A stretch of 64,000 nt of DNA, from positions 3,567,777-3,631,776 of the forward strand of contig BDGG01000004.1 in the NCBI GenBank assembly GCA_001949185.1, given 5' to 3'. Numbering within the stretch: position 1 is the first letter of the stretch; each line of letters opens with the position of its first letter. Source of the DNA: Ramazzottius varieornatus. Taxonomy: Eukaryota; Animalia; Tardigrada. Positions 24,059 to 36,914 of the stretch are shown here, piece by piece. A program made the translations under genes and the position numbers. Below the pieces are notes generated by a model. The model was not told the origin of the DNA. It ran no database searches and saw only the letters and a list, made by a program, of their open reading frames with translations.

Positions 24059-24858
24059 CCTGTCCAAGCTTCCCAAAATTTTCCCACTGCTTGCCGAAAG
24101 CCACCTCCATCCCGGCTTCTGGCAATACGGATCCTTCTTATCAGTCATCATCGGTTTTGTAGTCACTGGCTATTCATAACTGGCCAGCCAGTGGAAAATT
24201 AATACTTGATGGATGCCAAATGATGCACAACTGTCTAGCGTGCCTGAAAAGTTTCTGATGACGTGTACATACGGGTTCAGTTGTTTTTCGAGCAACGCGA
24301 AGCCATCCCGAATACGTCATCCGGACCTTAATCGTACGGCTAGCAGCTTTGAATTTCTGGGTAGCTTGGAAGGAAACACGTCGGAAAGACCCTCGGAAGT
24401 CGGAAGGATTGGAAGAACGATCGGAAGACAAGCCTAAGTCCTGTCACGGTATGAAGACAAAAATTCCGGGCGATCCTCAATTACGGAAGTCACCATAACA
24501 TTACAGAAAGAATAAATCCAATGGGCCCTTATTCCCCAATGGTGCAAACACGGAAGTTGAACAACCAAAAGCTCCTGGTAAAAGACGTTCGCGATCAGAG
24601 GACACTGGCTTGGTGTTTTTCACGTAACTATATTTTTTATTTACCAGGAAGCTACAGATTATCAGACAATAAGTGGTTGAATGTATCCAAATGAAAGCAA
24701 GCAACAAGATATCAATCTGCCGGGTTCGACAAACCTGTGGTTATTTAGACGATGAACAAGCTGAGTTAGTAATCTCGACCCATTTACAGAACGAAACGCC
24801 CAATCTTCGATACCCAGCTGCTGGAAACAAGAGGTAACGGTTGGTAAGGCTTGTCACA

Positions 24859-26635
24859 TCATATCACCGAGCTCTCCACAAGATTTCCGGCGAGGAGATC
24901 TTTGACGTTGATGGGGGCTACATTCTCGGCCAGCTTCAAGGGACTGGTGGCTCGTGCAACAGTAGTATCCACAGGATTTATATCACAGGCTGCTTTGGAC
25001 TGTTCCACCACCTTGTCTTTCCCATCTTCGCCGACGGTCTTGTCCATAGACGGCGACTCTGTTCCTTCTTCCCTGACCGCAACAGCGCCGGAGCTTTTTT
25101 GCACTTCTCCTTCCTTAATCACATCGTTATCGGCCAGCAACTTGTCGATCAGGTCGCGCAGAACGTCCATCTCACGTGGCTCTATCAGGTTGAAGTGTTG
25201 GCTAAACAAGACAAAATGAGCGAACAGACCGTTCAAGTGGTGGAAGATGCCTAGCTGAACGTAGAGGTCGAAGTGGGCATGGTACAAGTGTGCTAGTATA
25301 AAAAAGAGCTGGCGCTGGATCTTCCTTGTTATCACATCGAAGTTTTGAGGAAAGGGCAAGCCTGCGAGAACACAAGAAACTCTGTAACCTGATAAATTCT
25401 ATAACCATTCCGCCCTTGATTCTGAACATCCTAAGAACTTTGGTGCGAGAGAACCTTCATGCGTACCATGTTTGGAAGGAAACACAGTCTCGTCCTTGAG
25501 CATTCGTTCGACCGAAGTCGTCGCGAAATCTATGTACTGCGGTGCAGAAGATTTCAACTTCCGTCCTTTGTCGTCGCTCCACATGTAAATCCTGGAAAGA
25601 ATTTAAGGCACCATATTACAATATAGAAGGCTCGGCGAAGCTAAAATAAACCGTTTTAGCCGTTCTTAGCCGTGGCTAAAAATATTTTAGCCGCGGCTAA
25701 AGCAGCTAAAATCTTTTTAGCCACGGCTAGAATGTACTGTGCGTTCGAATGATTTATTGATGCCAAAACTATTTTAGCCGACTTTACACCAATTGATCAA
25801 TGGAACACACAATACATTTTAGCCGATACTTTTAGCCACGGCTAAGAACGGCTAAAGCGGCTTATTTTAGCTTCGCCGAGCCTTCTATATATTACAATAA
25901 AGGCGGAAGAAATACTGTTCTTCCTGTATCTTGCCCAAGTTAGCGAGTTGTGTCATGAAAGTTTCGATTTAAGATCTCGTACGTCACAACATTGGGCTTC
26001 AGGACTGTGTTCGTACTGAAGAAAGAACTTTGCAAAATGACAACAACTCACATTCCGTTGGGAGCTGACATGTGCGGGCATGTGGAAGCTGTACAATATC
26101 CCGAGATTGCTCCATACAGCAAATTCACGTGGTTGAAGAACGGTATAACTGCAGAACAATGCGGTATAACTGCATGAACTTTCTGGCAGAAGCAAGAGTC
26201 TGATCTGCATTGTTTCACGGTAGGAGAAAGTCCGCCGGGGCGATGTTAAACTTACTGTGGGTCGCGAGCCATTCGTTCAGGTCTACTTGAGACGGTAACG
26301 GTATTATCTGTCTCAGGTGGTTATTCTTTAGCAGGCGATGCAGGTACATGTGGTTCAGGTACAGCTTCGAAGAACTATCTTCCGAGGGTAATCCGTCTCC
26401 GCTTCCATCCGACCTATCCTTCTTCTTTCCCTTCCTGAAGACAAAAAGCATGTTCTGTGCTTGCAGATAATTGCAGTACCTTGGTTAAGACAGTCACTCA
26501 CCCTGTAAACCAGTCGAAGGTATCCTTGAAATAGCCAAAGCCAAATCGCTCTCCGAAAGGTCGACCACTGGTTGAAGACGGATTTTTCTCATGGCCGCGG
26601 TCGTTCAGCAGTCTTTCCTCTCCTCCGGAAGTCAT
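24859..26635 (-). CDS. MOB2: MOB kinase activator 2 (multi-exon; first exon 26635-26502, second starts 26434)
   Basis: DTFDWFTG|KGKKKD, KLYL...LPSQVDLNEWLATH, W.DDKGRK...APQYIDF, DETVFPSK and HLNGLFAHF...FNLIE motifs match MOB2. Confidence 0.9.
25622..25889. mobile_element. 268-bp hAT-like MITE in a MOB2 intron
   Basis: ~60-bp TIRs (TATAGAAGGCTCGGCGAAGCTAAAATAA...TTAGCCGTGGCTAAAA, 2 mismatches), 8-bp TSD TATTACAA (25614-21, 25890-97), and many subterminal TTAGCC/GGCTAA motifs. Confidence 0.9.
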
Positions 26636-27526
26636 CGTGCCAGCATATCACTGAAACGGTAGCAAACATTGGTCAAGTCAACATCCAAACTACTTCGCGT
26701 CAGCTTGTGGTATGAATGCTCAAATAACTTTTCCCTTACTCTACATTCCGTGACGAAATGCGTTTATCTTGCGGTAGAATCGTTCCACATTCCGCAGTCC
26801 ACTTGTCCAAATCCCGATGAGGTAAGCGATACCAGTGAGTCAGTTCAGGATAATACTATTGGCAATCAAATAAGACGGATGAGTAAATATGGTCGGAGAA
26901 GTCCAAAGTCCCTGAACAGAGAAATTGACGGCCGCTGGACTGACTCCTGCCGCTTCTTTACGAGTGGCAGATCGTGCAGACTCCGGACATTCGATTCTTC
27001 TGTTGTCCAGACTTTCTTGGTGGAGTTGTTCGAAGTACATGCGATCAGCTGACCGAAGAGAGGCTTCCTCTCGGAACGAATTTGCACTCCGCGCACCGTC
27101 CGAAGCGTTTTCTCAAGACCAGTCCCAGCAACCTGCAAACATGATTACATGAAGCATGGTAAGTCTGGGTGATACAGAAGCGTTGTCGAACGAAAATAGC
27201 AGCGCAGTCGAACTCGCACCGTAGCGACTAACCGTAGACTTTACTACGTTTTGATCATTCCACAGTTCCCACTGTAAGCTTCTTCACGTCATGTGGACAA
27301 AACCTCTCGTGCCTTCACCTCCAACCTCCTGACCTCAGGCGCTGGCAGCTACATCGGATGTGGCAAGCTTGGGATACACCAAAGCTCGATTCCTAGGTAA
27401 GATTTGAAACCTACTTTTATGCCAAGAACAAAGCTAGCATTGGAAAATGGAAAGTTAATTAAGGAATGTCTGTGTCAAACTCTAATTCGTGTTCAAAGAG
27501 AAAGTTTGAATCAAATAGTATTATGT

Positions 27527-27623
27527 GCTGCGGTGTCCGAGTGGTTAAGGAGTTTGACTTGAATATCTGGTCCAAGTTATCAAATGGGTTACGCCCGCAC
27601 AGGTTCGAATCCTGTCCGCAGCG
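27527..27623 (+). tRNA. tRNA-Ser(UGA) with a 15-nt intron (27564-27578)
   Basis: Acceptor stem GCTGCGG/CCGCAGC with G73, D-loop GAGTGGTTAAG, anticodon stem TTTGA/TCAAA around CT-TGA-A^A, long variable arm, GGTTCGAATCC T-loop, and TTTTT terminator at 27626. Confidence 0.93.
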
Positions 27624-29698
27624 TATTTTTGCCATTTTCTGAGTTTACAGTGTTATCATCGCGGCGTAAGCTTTGCGCACCGCAACCATGCGAAGCTTGG
27701 TTTTGCGCGCTCGAATGATTTATTGTTCGTGTGAATGCAGGTCGGCGCATGGAACACATGAGGCTGGTTCGAGCTTCGTTTGGCCTTGCGCTTCCACTTC
27801 CGGGTCCAGGTCTACCAGCGCATAAAGGATTATAACTGGTTCGCCTATTGATGATCTATTCCAGTGAAATTTCCGTACGTCCTCAGTTATACTTTATTGA
27901 TAGTAAGTCTGCAATGTGCTGTATATGAGTTTATGGATGCTTCCAGTTCCAGGGAAGCGTTCATAGCATCTTTGTATTGTCAAAGCTTCTGTGCGCATTT
28001 GCAGGACCCACTTGCACTTCAAAAGAAATATGTCGAGTCAACACAGGCGATCCCTTTCCGGCTATTGGACTTGAAAATTCAAATGACTTCTCCTCGATGC
28101 ACTATCACTAATATTCCTTGAGAATTCATCCCGATTTCCATTTCGAGCACGGACTCTGTTTGCGAAGCCACAATATGCTTTGTATATGGCGCTACTGCCT
28201 TATAGTCGCTCCTCGGGACTCTCGGACGGAAAAAATCGAAATTTTCCAATGTCAGTGCGTGAAAGCAAAGCGCGGCAGTCTTGTTGACTCTCCAGATCAG
28301 TGCTTTTTCAGGAATAACACTGGGCGGAGCAGTCGGGTGCTCCGACTATGAAATTCACGGCACGTAATGGACTGTGGAACTTTAGAATGGATCTCTGTCA
28401 GAAAGAGATTTATGGTTGAGTTTAGTGCATTATGTCGAGGCAAGTCAAGCTCGATTTCCGCCTGCTGGAAACTCCCATTATATCGTTTTTGATTTTTCAT
28501 TCACAGACAGAGAATTTTCTTCCAAGAGATCGGCGAACTTTCAACCAGAACAGCTGGGATCCTTCAGTTCGTGACATCCTCGACCTTGCAGCTCGTTTAG
28601 TTCTTTCCTCTATCTTGTTTATTATTCTTGTCGCTCGTTTATGATCCCATGATGGGTAGCTTCTTCAGTCGAACAAGTGCTTTATCATCGTTCGAAACAC
28701 CGCCTGTGTATTGTCAGCCCACTTTTTTACTGCTGGCGTTGATTAGCGCTGCCTTTTACGCAACTGTTTCTGAAGAGGATTAATAACGTGGAAACTACCG
28801 GGTCCCCGAAGTTTATGCTAGTGATTAATTCTTACCTCGTGAGTTTCTCCCTACTTCCTGGTCAGATACGCCTTCGGTTACAAACTCTCCTTTCACTGTC
28901 GGCTACCTCATCTGCCCGTTTCGCGTTTTGCGGAACGTTATATAAGGCATTACCGTTTCCACAGTTGTTGAAGGAGCAGGTGTGTTTCTGCGAAGGATGT
29001 CCCTTGGGCGCATTTTGAAAAGCCGAAAATAGCACTACTCCTGCAGAAAACGACCCATGTGTTCCACTGTTTGCACAGAAATCGCAATAGCGCATCTCGT
29101 CAACGGTTCTTTGGTTACGTCGCGACGGGTCGCCGAAGCTTAGCTTATCTTGGAACTTTATGCGCATTGGATTAGCGACTCAGCGTATTCTTAGCTGTTT
29201 TATTCCGGTTTGGGCATGTAAGTGGAACGATTTGAATTTACTGAGGTTGTAATCGAAGGCGGTTCGAGCGTTTTATGGTTAGGTCAGCGATAACAAAGGA
29301 ATCGTACGAATTTCAATAAACAATGACGTTTGCACCGGAAGTGGCACATACATCTGGATTTTTTAATAAGCCTTAGACTTTACGCAGTGGCAAAACTTCC
29401 CAGTTATCCCTGTACAGTTCCCGGCAAGGCCCTCGCGAGATTCGCTGTGCAGAATTTTCGGACAAAAAACATAGATTTATTTGATTCCACGATTTCCACC
29501 GTGCCGAATTCAACCCATGTCATCCTATTTGACGCTAACCATTTTTCTTCTCGGGTAGTCTGCAACGGATCACCAGGATGGATTGTCGTTTCCGGTCGCC
29601 ATTCGGGATGACAAAACGGTCTGGATTTTCGTTTCTCCGAGCGCAGCGGTGACCATACTGTTTAGGCGGATGCTCGAATTACTTGGCCCCACTCCGTG

Positions 29699-31721
29699 AT
29701 GACCGTCTCACCTCGGACACGACGTTTGACTGGCCGGACCTCCATCAAGCGCTTCCTGCTGCTGCTGTGTGCTGTGATTTCATTCAGCGTCTTCCTGTTG
29801 GGGAGAAGCATGAACTCGAAGCCTTCGGAGGATCTTGGACTCCATGATTCGCCACAACAGAGTGAGAAGACTGCCGCCGAAATCGGTGCAGTGCGGGATA
29901 TTGTGAAATTGGTTATGAACATCGGTCGATCCTTCGTGCAGCAGACTTTCCGCCGTCCACACAAGGATTTCATAGCAGAACGCTGGTACTTTTCTCCCTC
30001 CAAAAAGAACGTCACTTTTTACTCGTCGGCCCTGCCTGATCTACATGAGCTGTGGCCTAGAGCTGACTTGATACAGATGGACCGCATTGAAAACCAGCTT
30101 TTGTTCAAGCCGTCATGGATTACTCCCGTGGGACAAGGCAACAGCACCAATGGCCTTAAGTTAATCTTCGTGCCGGACAACGTGGACAGCTGGTACTCCG
30201 AAGAGGGTCGGGGGACCTTTTTGAAAGATAAATGCCCCGTCAATACGTGCTTCTTGACCAACGACAAGACCCTGGCCAAAAAGGCGGATGCAATCATGTT
30301 CAGAGGTTCCAGCTACGGCTATAGGGTATGAAAGTAATTAAGTCAGGGTTCCTTGACATCGAACGAGAGTTTGCTTGATGATCGAAGCTTTAACTTGATG
30401 TACTTTTATTTATAGCGAAGCGACTACCCGGAAAGCCAAATCTGGATACTATACCTTCTGGAGTCTCCTCTAAACACTCCAAATTTCTCCAGCTCGACAT
30501 TCAATCTAGACTCGATCAACTGGACAGCTACGTAAATATAGTTCGCTTGCTGACATAAGAGCGGCAGACGTGGGTAGTGCACAATGGAGAGAACCAGATC
30601 GCTGTCTAAAGTGGCGCACGTTTACATTGCTGCTAGCTGAGATCATGCGCCACTTGGGCAAACGGTCTGATTTCAACACATCTGCCCATATCCCATATGC
30701 TGCTACGTAGTAGTACTTCAGCCACGGAATAATATGATGAATGAAGTTCTCTCTTTGAAAGGTACCGGTCGGATAGCGATATCGTTACGCCGTACGGAAG
30801 GTATGGGTCGTACGATCCTACAGGGATGCTCGAAGTGGGCAGTCGATCTCCAGCCGTGGATTATGCAAGCCGGAAGAAGGGCAAGGGCAAAGTGGTATGG
30901 TTCGTCTCGAATTGTCAAGCACATAACAACCGTAAGGATTATGCAAACGAGCTCGCCAAACACATCCCTGTCGACATTTATGGAAGTTGTGGAGACAAAA
31001 AATGCGGCAAAGACCGAAAAGACTGCATGGAGATGCTCCAAACGGAATACAAGTTTTATCTTGCCTTCGAGGTACTTCACGTTTGAGTGCTTTCTGCAGT
31101 AATAAAATCAAAGCCGTCCCAAATTTCATAACCTTGAGTGTATCATATTTTAAATTTATGGCAACTGCAGTATCCTGTTCCATGCCGTAAATTTCACCGT
31201 CGGTTCTTTACCTTTACAGAATAGCAATTGTCGCTGGTACATCACGGAAAAGATGTGGGATGTTTCTTTCAAGTAAGGCTTTGAGTTTTAATAATACTAT
31301 TGCCGTAGGGTTCTTTCGGCTAATTCTGTGTTCCCTTTTGCAGACAGGACTTGATCCCTATAGTAATGGGTGCACCACTGGAGGACTACAAAGCCGTTGC
31401 TCCACCCAAATCTTTCATTCATGTCGACGAGTTCGCGGGACCGGAGCAGTTAGCTCACTACCTAAGAGAGCTGGACCTCAACGACGTGCTATACAATGAG
31501 TACTTTCAATGGAGAACCACGGGCGAAATTGTCAACACCTACACGTTGTGCCGAGTTTGTGCGTAAGTAGTACTCCCGGAATCACGTTCAGTTCCTCTTT
31601 CGGATGGCTGGCTTAATACAATGCGTTTCACAGTATGCTGCACTCCAACTACTCCAAAAAGCACTATGACGACATTGAGAGATGGTGGAGAGCGCCGGGA
31701 ACGTGTCAGACAAAACGATGA
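29699..31721 (+). CDS. Alpha-1,3-fucosyltransferase, GT10, FucTA-like (exons 29699-30325, 30416-30531, 30762-31071, 31220-31272, 31344-31562, 31634-31721)
   Basis: Type II TM, CPVNTCFLT...ADA, YLLESP, INWTATYRSDSDI, VWFVSNC, YKFYLAFENSNC..YITEK, PIVMG, APPKSFIHVDEF and YNEYFQWR motifs. Confidence 0.92.
30570..30695. mobile_element. Family A palindromic element (FucT intron 2)
   Basis: ACCAGATCGCTGTCTAAAGTGGCGC-N29-GCGCCACTTGGGCAAACGGTCTG. Confidence 0.8.
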
Positions 31722-32582
31722 CAGATCGAACTAAGTGAAAGGCTACACTTGGCCACGCCTGATTATCCTCAAAGGACAGCTTGGCTCCTCCGACGAAGCC
31801 GCTTCCTTTTCCGGCAGGTAATTAACAGGAGTTACATGACCACTCCAGTACATCACTGTCAAGTTACCAAGAGCTTCTCTCAATTACGGTCCAGTACTCC
31901 GCATCTGCAGTATGGAACCTGTCACAAAATCCCGTTGTTTTTCTTCCGCTTGAACAAGCACTTTCAGATTTCTTGTTGACTTTCATTCCTCCCAAGTTGT
32001 GATATTGCATTTGTGCATGTTTGACAAATGCATATTTTTATTGCCTCCTATCTTTTGACTATGCCACTTGACCATACCAAATGCCATAAATTATGCACGT
32101 TCCAACTTCCAAGAGCGGACCTCCATAATTCTGCGTAATATTGCCGTGTAACGCAGTGATGTAATGTGTGGACAGTGACGAAATTCAATTATGTATTATC
32201 AACCTGCATAATTTTCCACCACGTCAAACACACCACGAGATGTATGCATGTGCTTGACATTCAACGTCAGTATTAGCTGACCACTTTTGTGTATCAGAAT
32301 GATTGTTATTACTTTTATTGAGGCAAATACGTTAATGACAATACAAATACACCAGAGACCCGAACTGAGAAACGTACGCAGAAAATAGTGACGATAAAAT
32401 GTCAAACCCTGGTCATGATAAAACGACAAACGTTGAGAAGCGCACATCAACACACATGGCTCAAACACACGCGTACAAAACCACCAGATAAAACGAAATA
32501 TTCAATAAAATGAAATACTAGAGAGTGACTTCACATCACACGTTCAGGTATCTCTAGTAAATGTTGACGTTCCACATTTGAC

Positions 32583-35500
32583 TCAGTGAGCTCCGTTGAC
32601 ATCTGGAGCCTCCGACTCATCCAGTTCCTCCTCGCTATCGATCGTGTTAAGCCACTCCAGCCACGAGTTGACTTGGAACAGCGCTTTGCCCTTACCGACG
32701 TAGGCGTCATTCACCTCGTCACGCCACGTATTGAACGTTTCCGGTTCAACAATGTCCAGCTCATGTAACACACAAAACCAAACCAGCATCCAGCCTGCAA
32801 ATATCCCATTTCAATCCCACCATCTCGATTCTTGGGAAAACCATTCATCGTCCATGGATCGTTGCCGCTTACCTTTAGGGAATCCCAGCGTGTGGTAGAA
32901 GCTTTGAACAGCGTATAACCCAATTAGCTGTCGCTCAGGCGTGTTCAGATGATTCTCGAACAACTCCTTAAAGATAAAATCCTTGTCCCATACCAAAAAT
33001 CGGAAATCAGTCGATCAAGAAAAAAAATATAAATGGAGTCAGGGCAAACAAAACGCAAAAGATCGTCATCTCTAGTGACGCACGTTGCCATTGTTATTAG
33101 CAGGTAGAGCGCGCCACTCAAGGTGGCGATCTTGACGTTTGCCCAGGCTGTTAGTGTTAATCTGAAATTACGTTCAAAAACTCTACGTCAGCTACATCAT
33201 ATCGACAGCCTCTTGAATATTACCTTGTAGTTGACCAGTAGCTTTTTGAACTTGTCTTCATTGACGCGCGATGGTTCCAGGTCGGACTTGGCCTTCACTT
33301 CCGGTGACTGGGCAGACTGGTAGTGGATGTGCTTCACCAGACTAAAATGAGCAGGAAATTCGGTACTCTGTCAGAAGCTCTTGAAACATTACTACACGAA
33401 GATGGAAGATACTAAAGAAGGTTCGAACCTCATAATCAAGTTGACGACAAAGTCGTTGGTGTTATACGCTTCCACATTGCAGTCATCCCGGAGGAAGGTC
33501 TCCACTTCCGCACTAGTCGCGCCCTCTGCCAGCATTCTTCCCAGCTGTGACTGAAGTCGGAAGCCAGGACAAAGATAGACCAGCCCGTACTTGTCCAGCA
33601 CATCCACAACGTGATCGATACTTCCCTCCGTCAAGCTCTTTTCTACAAGAGAAATCAATTAAAACAGCATACTCATAAAAGAACACCACCACAAAGCACA
33701 TACCGGAAAACCATGTCAGCAGATCAATCTTCTCCAGACGAATCTGTTCAGCGACAAAGTCGGGACCTCGGAGTTGTTCCAGACGTTGCAGACACATCAG
33801 GATCAAGGGAAAGTGCTGGCCACGTGTGAACGCCATCGTGGCGTTCTTGAACGTCAGAATGCCAGCGACGATCATGTGGGCGATACAGATCGCCATACAG
33901 GCCTTCGCGTCGCATGCAGCGGACTCCAATGATTCCAGAAGACGCTCATATCCCTACAGATAGAATCTAAAATGCAGATGCTAAATGGATGAACAATGAT
34001 TTCTTTCGAAACACGCTATGATGTTCTGTTCGTTAACATCGACCTGGTTGAACTATTTAAATTCGCCAGAACGCCGTTAACAAGTGAATGATTTCCCTGC
34101 GCCAAATATCATACTGGTCTCCATGAAGTCGAAACCAGCACAAGTGAGCCAGGACTGCACAATTTCAAAAGAAATTTCATGCTATCATATCACCTATATG
34201 CACTGAAGCGTCGCTTTGGATAATTCAAATGCGTAAGTTTCGGTCGAAATATATCTGAAAATTTCGGTTGGTTGACGAAAGGGCTAAGAACTCACCTCGA
34301 TGATTTCCGCTTCGGTTACCCATGACTCACACATCAAATGGGTAATCAGCTCGCTAATCTTCTCCCGGTTAATCTCTCCTTGCTCCATTCCCATACGCAG
34401 CATTAGCCCAATGAGCTCAGACTTGAACCTGCCAGAAGGACGTTTGTTAGTGCGACCACATCATCACGCTCAGCTAAGCTAAACGCTTCGCGATCTGAAC
34501 GTACTAAACTGACAAAAGCTCACGTGACTTACCTCTTCTGGACATTCAGCTCTTTGATTGCAGTGACCGCATGCAAGCGATCCTTTGCTGAATCAAAGTA
34601 CGCAGTAACGATGTCCGTCACTGCCTGGTGAGCTTCCGCCTTGTTCATGGCTGGCGCGTTCTTTCCCGTTTTCGGTTTCTCTGGCCGCGCTTCTTCCTAA
34701 AGAAGAGAGTTCAATGAGAAAATATTCAATCAAGTGTGATGATGGGAAGTACATACCTTGACGGATAAGTTTTGCACATTAGAGCGCATGTTGGACGTCG
34801 ACAGCGACTCCTTCAACGGCAGGACATTCTCCATGGCCCGTACAGGCTTCTGCACCACGAACGACGTCTTGGGCCTCAGCGAAATCTCCTTCGTGCTCTC
34901 CATCTGTTGCTGTCCCAACACCTTCAGGATCGACGTCCTCTGCATGCCGCCGCCATTACCGTTCTGTCGGTTGCGGTTGCCGTTCTGGTTGGTCGGCTGA
35001 TTCCTGGCGTAGTCTCCCTTGCCGAAGTTGGCCATGGGACGAAGTGGTGGGACAGTGCCGTTCTGCTTCTCCTGCTGCTTTTCCGCTACCGTCCGAGGGC
35101 TGTTGGGGTAGCGGGACGAACCGGCAAAGTTGCCTGCTGGTAGAGGAGACAGTCGCGCTGACTCGGCGGCTTCCTTGTTGGCTCCAATCTCTTGGCGAAT
35201 TTCTTCCCGAATTTCACCAATGGTCTTGGGTGCGTTCACCATATGAATACGTCGCGGAATCCACTACACAAATAATCAAATTTAAACAAATATTACGCAG
35301 ACACACATCCAAAAGAGAGTTGGCTGAAAACGGGAGCTCGACAAGATCGTTTTCAAAAGTGGCGCACATTTCCAGTAAAATCACCGAAATCGCGCGCCAC
35401 TTGGGAGAGTGATCTTGTCGATTTTGTTTGCCGAGCTCCCAAAATGGATATCATTTTCCTCGGAAAACTTTTTAGAGTGAACAACGTCGTCTAAATAAAA

Positions 35501-36914
35501 GAAAATACATCTGGGGTAACATGGTAAAATCGGGCGAAATTATACGCGTACCTTGTTAGTACGTAACTCCACAATATCTAAACACAAGAAACGGATTCTA
35601 CTGGGTAACGTTGGGTCCACGGAGTATTCCTTGAGATGGCGAGCATAGTCATCCACCAATATCTGGAAAGACAGAAGGTCCATGATTACAGAAGGCTGGA
35701 AAGACCATGCTGACTTCAGCACAAGTGCGTAGTTTGAATGTGAATGTAGTACTTACCTTGTCGTCTGGACGCGAATCGAGGGCTTTGCCTATAATCCTCA
35801 TCATTTGACAAAGGCATTCCAGGTCTTCCGCCTTCTCCTTGATCGATGTGGAGGATTTTCGGTCGAGCAGCTCCTTAATGCATAGATGGAGGATCTGTCC
35901 ATGCAGAAGGTCCAGCTTGCCAAGCTCGCCGATAAACTTGATGTTGCTGAGGTGTTCTCGTTTCCGCCAACGGACCTCGTCTTCTCCCGCACCCTGAACC
36001 GATCCTGCGCTAGCCGCTCTACCTGCAGCGAAACAACAAGTAAGTACCCAGGCGTACCAAGGAGCAACTACCATGTGTTCACCATACGGGAAGCTCGGCA
36101 TCAACTCGACCAGATCGTTTCCCCATGTGGCGCACGCGTCCAGCCAACATCACCAGTAATGTGCGCCAGTTTAAAAAACGATCTAGAAGAGTCTGTCTGT
36201 CGGCTCCCATATAATCACCTTCGGAAATCTCGCTTCGTCGTTGGTACACATTTTGAACTTGAGTTAGCAGAACGCGCTTGAAGACCTAAATCATCAAGAA
36301 AGCATTAGACGTAACTGGTCTTCATCAGAAGGACCTTTGTATGAAAGCGACCTACGTCTTTGTTGGGCGCGCTGTCAGATAAGCGACGACATAGCTGGGC
36401 ATATAATGAGTTATATTGTGGTTCTTCCAAAGCCTTGCGAAAAATCTGACAAAGCGGAGATTATAGTAGCTGATTCGCTGAGGTAGATTGAGTGAGAAGA
36501 AAGTAAGGTTTCGTGTCAAGGCCATCCTTACTAGGTCGATAGTAGTCTCGACGATAGCCTCGTTCTTTAGCGCAACATTGATGAGTTCGTTGGTGACTTT
36601 CTCAAAATTCTCCGGTGTCAGTTTATTGAGCGAACTACGAAGAAGAATATCACGTAATCAGCTTGAAGAGTGGGATGAAGGAAGGAAAGAAATTAGACTG
36701 ACCTCCGAACTGCACGCCGAATCGTTTCCATCCGGTCTTGCTCCGTGGAAGAGCCATTGCGTCGGCTGAGGCTAGGAGGACTCCAGGGAATGACTGCTTT
36801 TGCAGGGCTGCCACTGCTTCTGCTCACGTCAACCCGGTTCCCACTGTCTTTCAGGGGAACCGCCAGGATCTCCGTCGTTATGATACTGCCGCAACCTTTG
36901 GCACACACACGCAC
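32583..36914 (-). CDS. EIF4G2: eIF4G2/NAT1/DAP5 (multi-exon; start codon uncertain, probably non-AUG between 36914 and 36866)
   Basis: MIF4G domain (LNKLTPENFEK, KALEEPQYNSLYAQLC, NIKFIGELGKL, EDLECLCQ, RIRF), MA3 domain, and W2 domain (GKGKALFQVNSWLEWL). No long eIF4E/PABP-binding N-terminus. Confidence 0.92.
33033..33150. mobile_element. Family A palindromic element (eIF4G2 intron)
   Basis: GGGCAAAC...AAGATCGTCATCTCTAGTGACGC-N29-GCGCCACTCAAGGTGGCGATCTTG..GTTTGCCC. Confidence 0.78.
34024..34156 (-). ncRNA. Intronic box H/ACA snoRNA candidate in eIF4G2
   Basis: On the host strand: hairpin 1 (TCCTG..TGCTGGTTTC/GAGACCAGTA..CAGGG), H box AAATCA (34094-34089), hairpin 2 (GTTAAC..CTGG/CCAG..GTTAAC), then ACA plus 3 nt. 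About 133 nt. Confidence 0.7.
35331..35441. mobile_element. Family A palindromic element (eIF4G2 intron)
   Basis: GGGAGCTCGACAAGATCGTTTTCAAAAGTGGCGC-N28-GCGCCACTTGGGAGAGTGATCTTGTCG...GTTTGCCGAGCTCCC. Confidence 0.85.
36087..36209. mobile_element. Family A palindromic element (eIF4G2 intron)
   Basis: GGGAAGCTCGGCA..CTCGACCAGATCGTTTCCCCATGTGGCGC-N29-GCGCCAG..AAAACGATCTAG...GTCGGCTCCCA. Confidence 0.8.

Noticed and set aside
25745-27725. Exact 15-mer TCGAATGATTTATTG shared by the hAT MITE interior and the tRNA downstream flank
   Set aside because: A few exact 15-mer matches are expected by chance within 64 kb on two strands.
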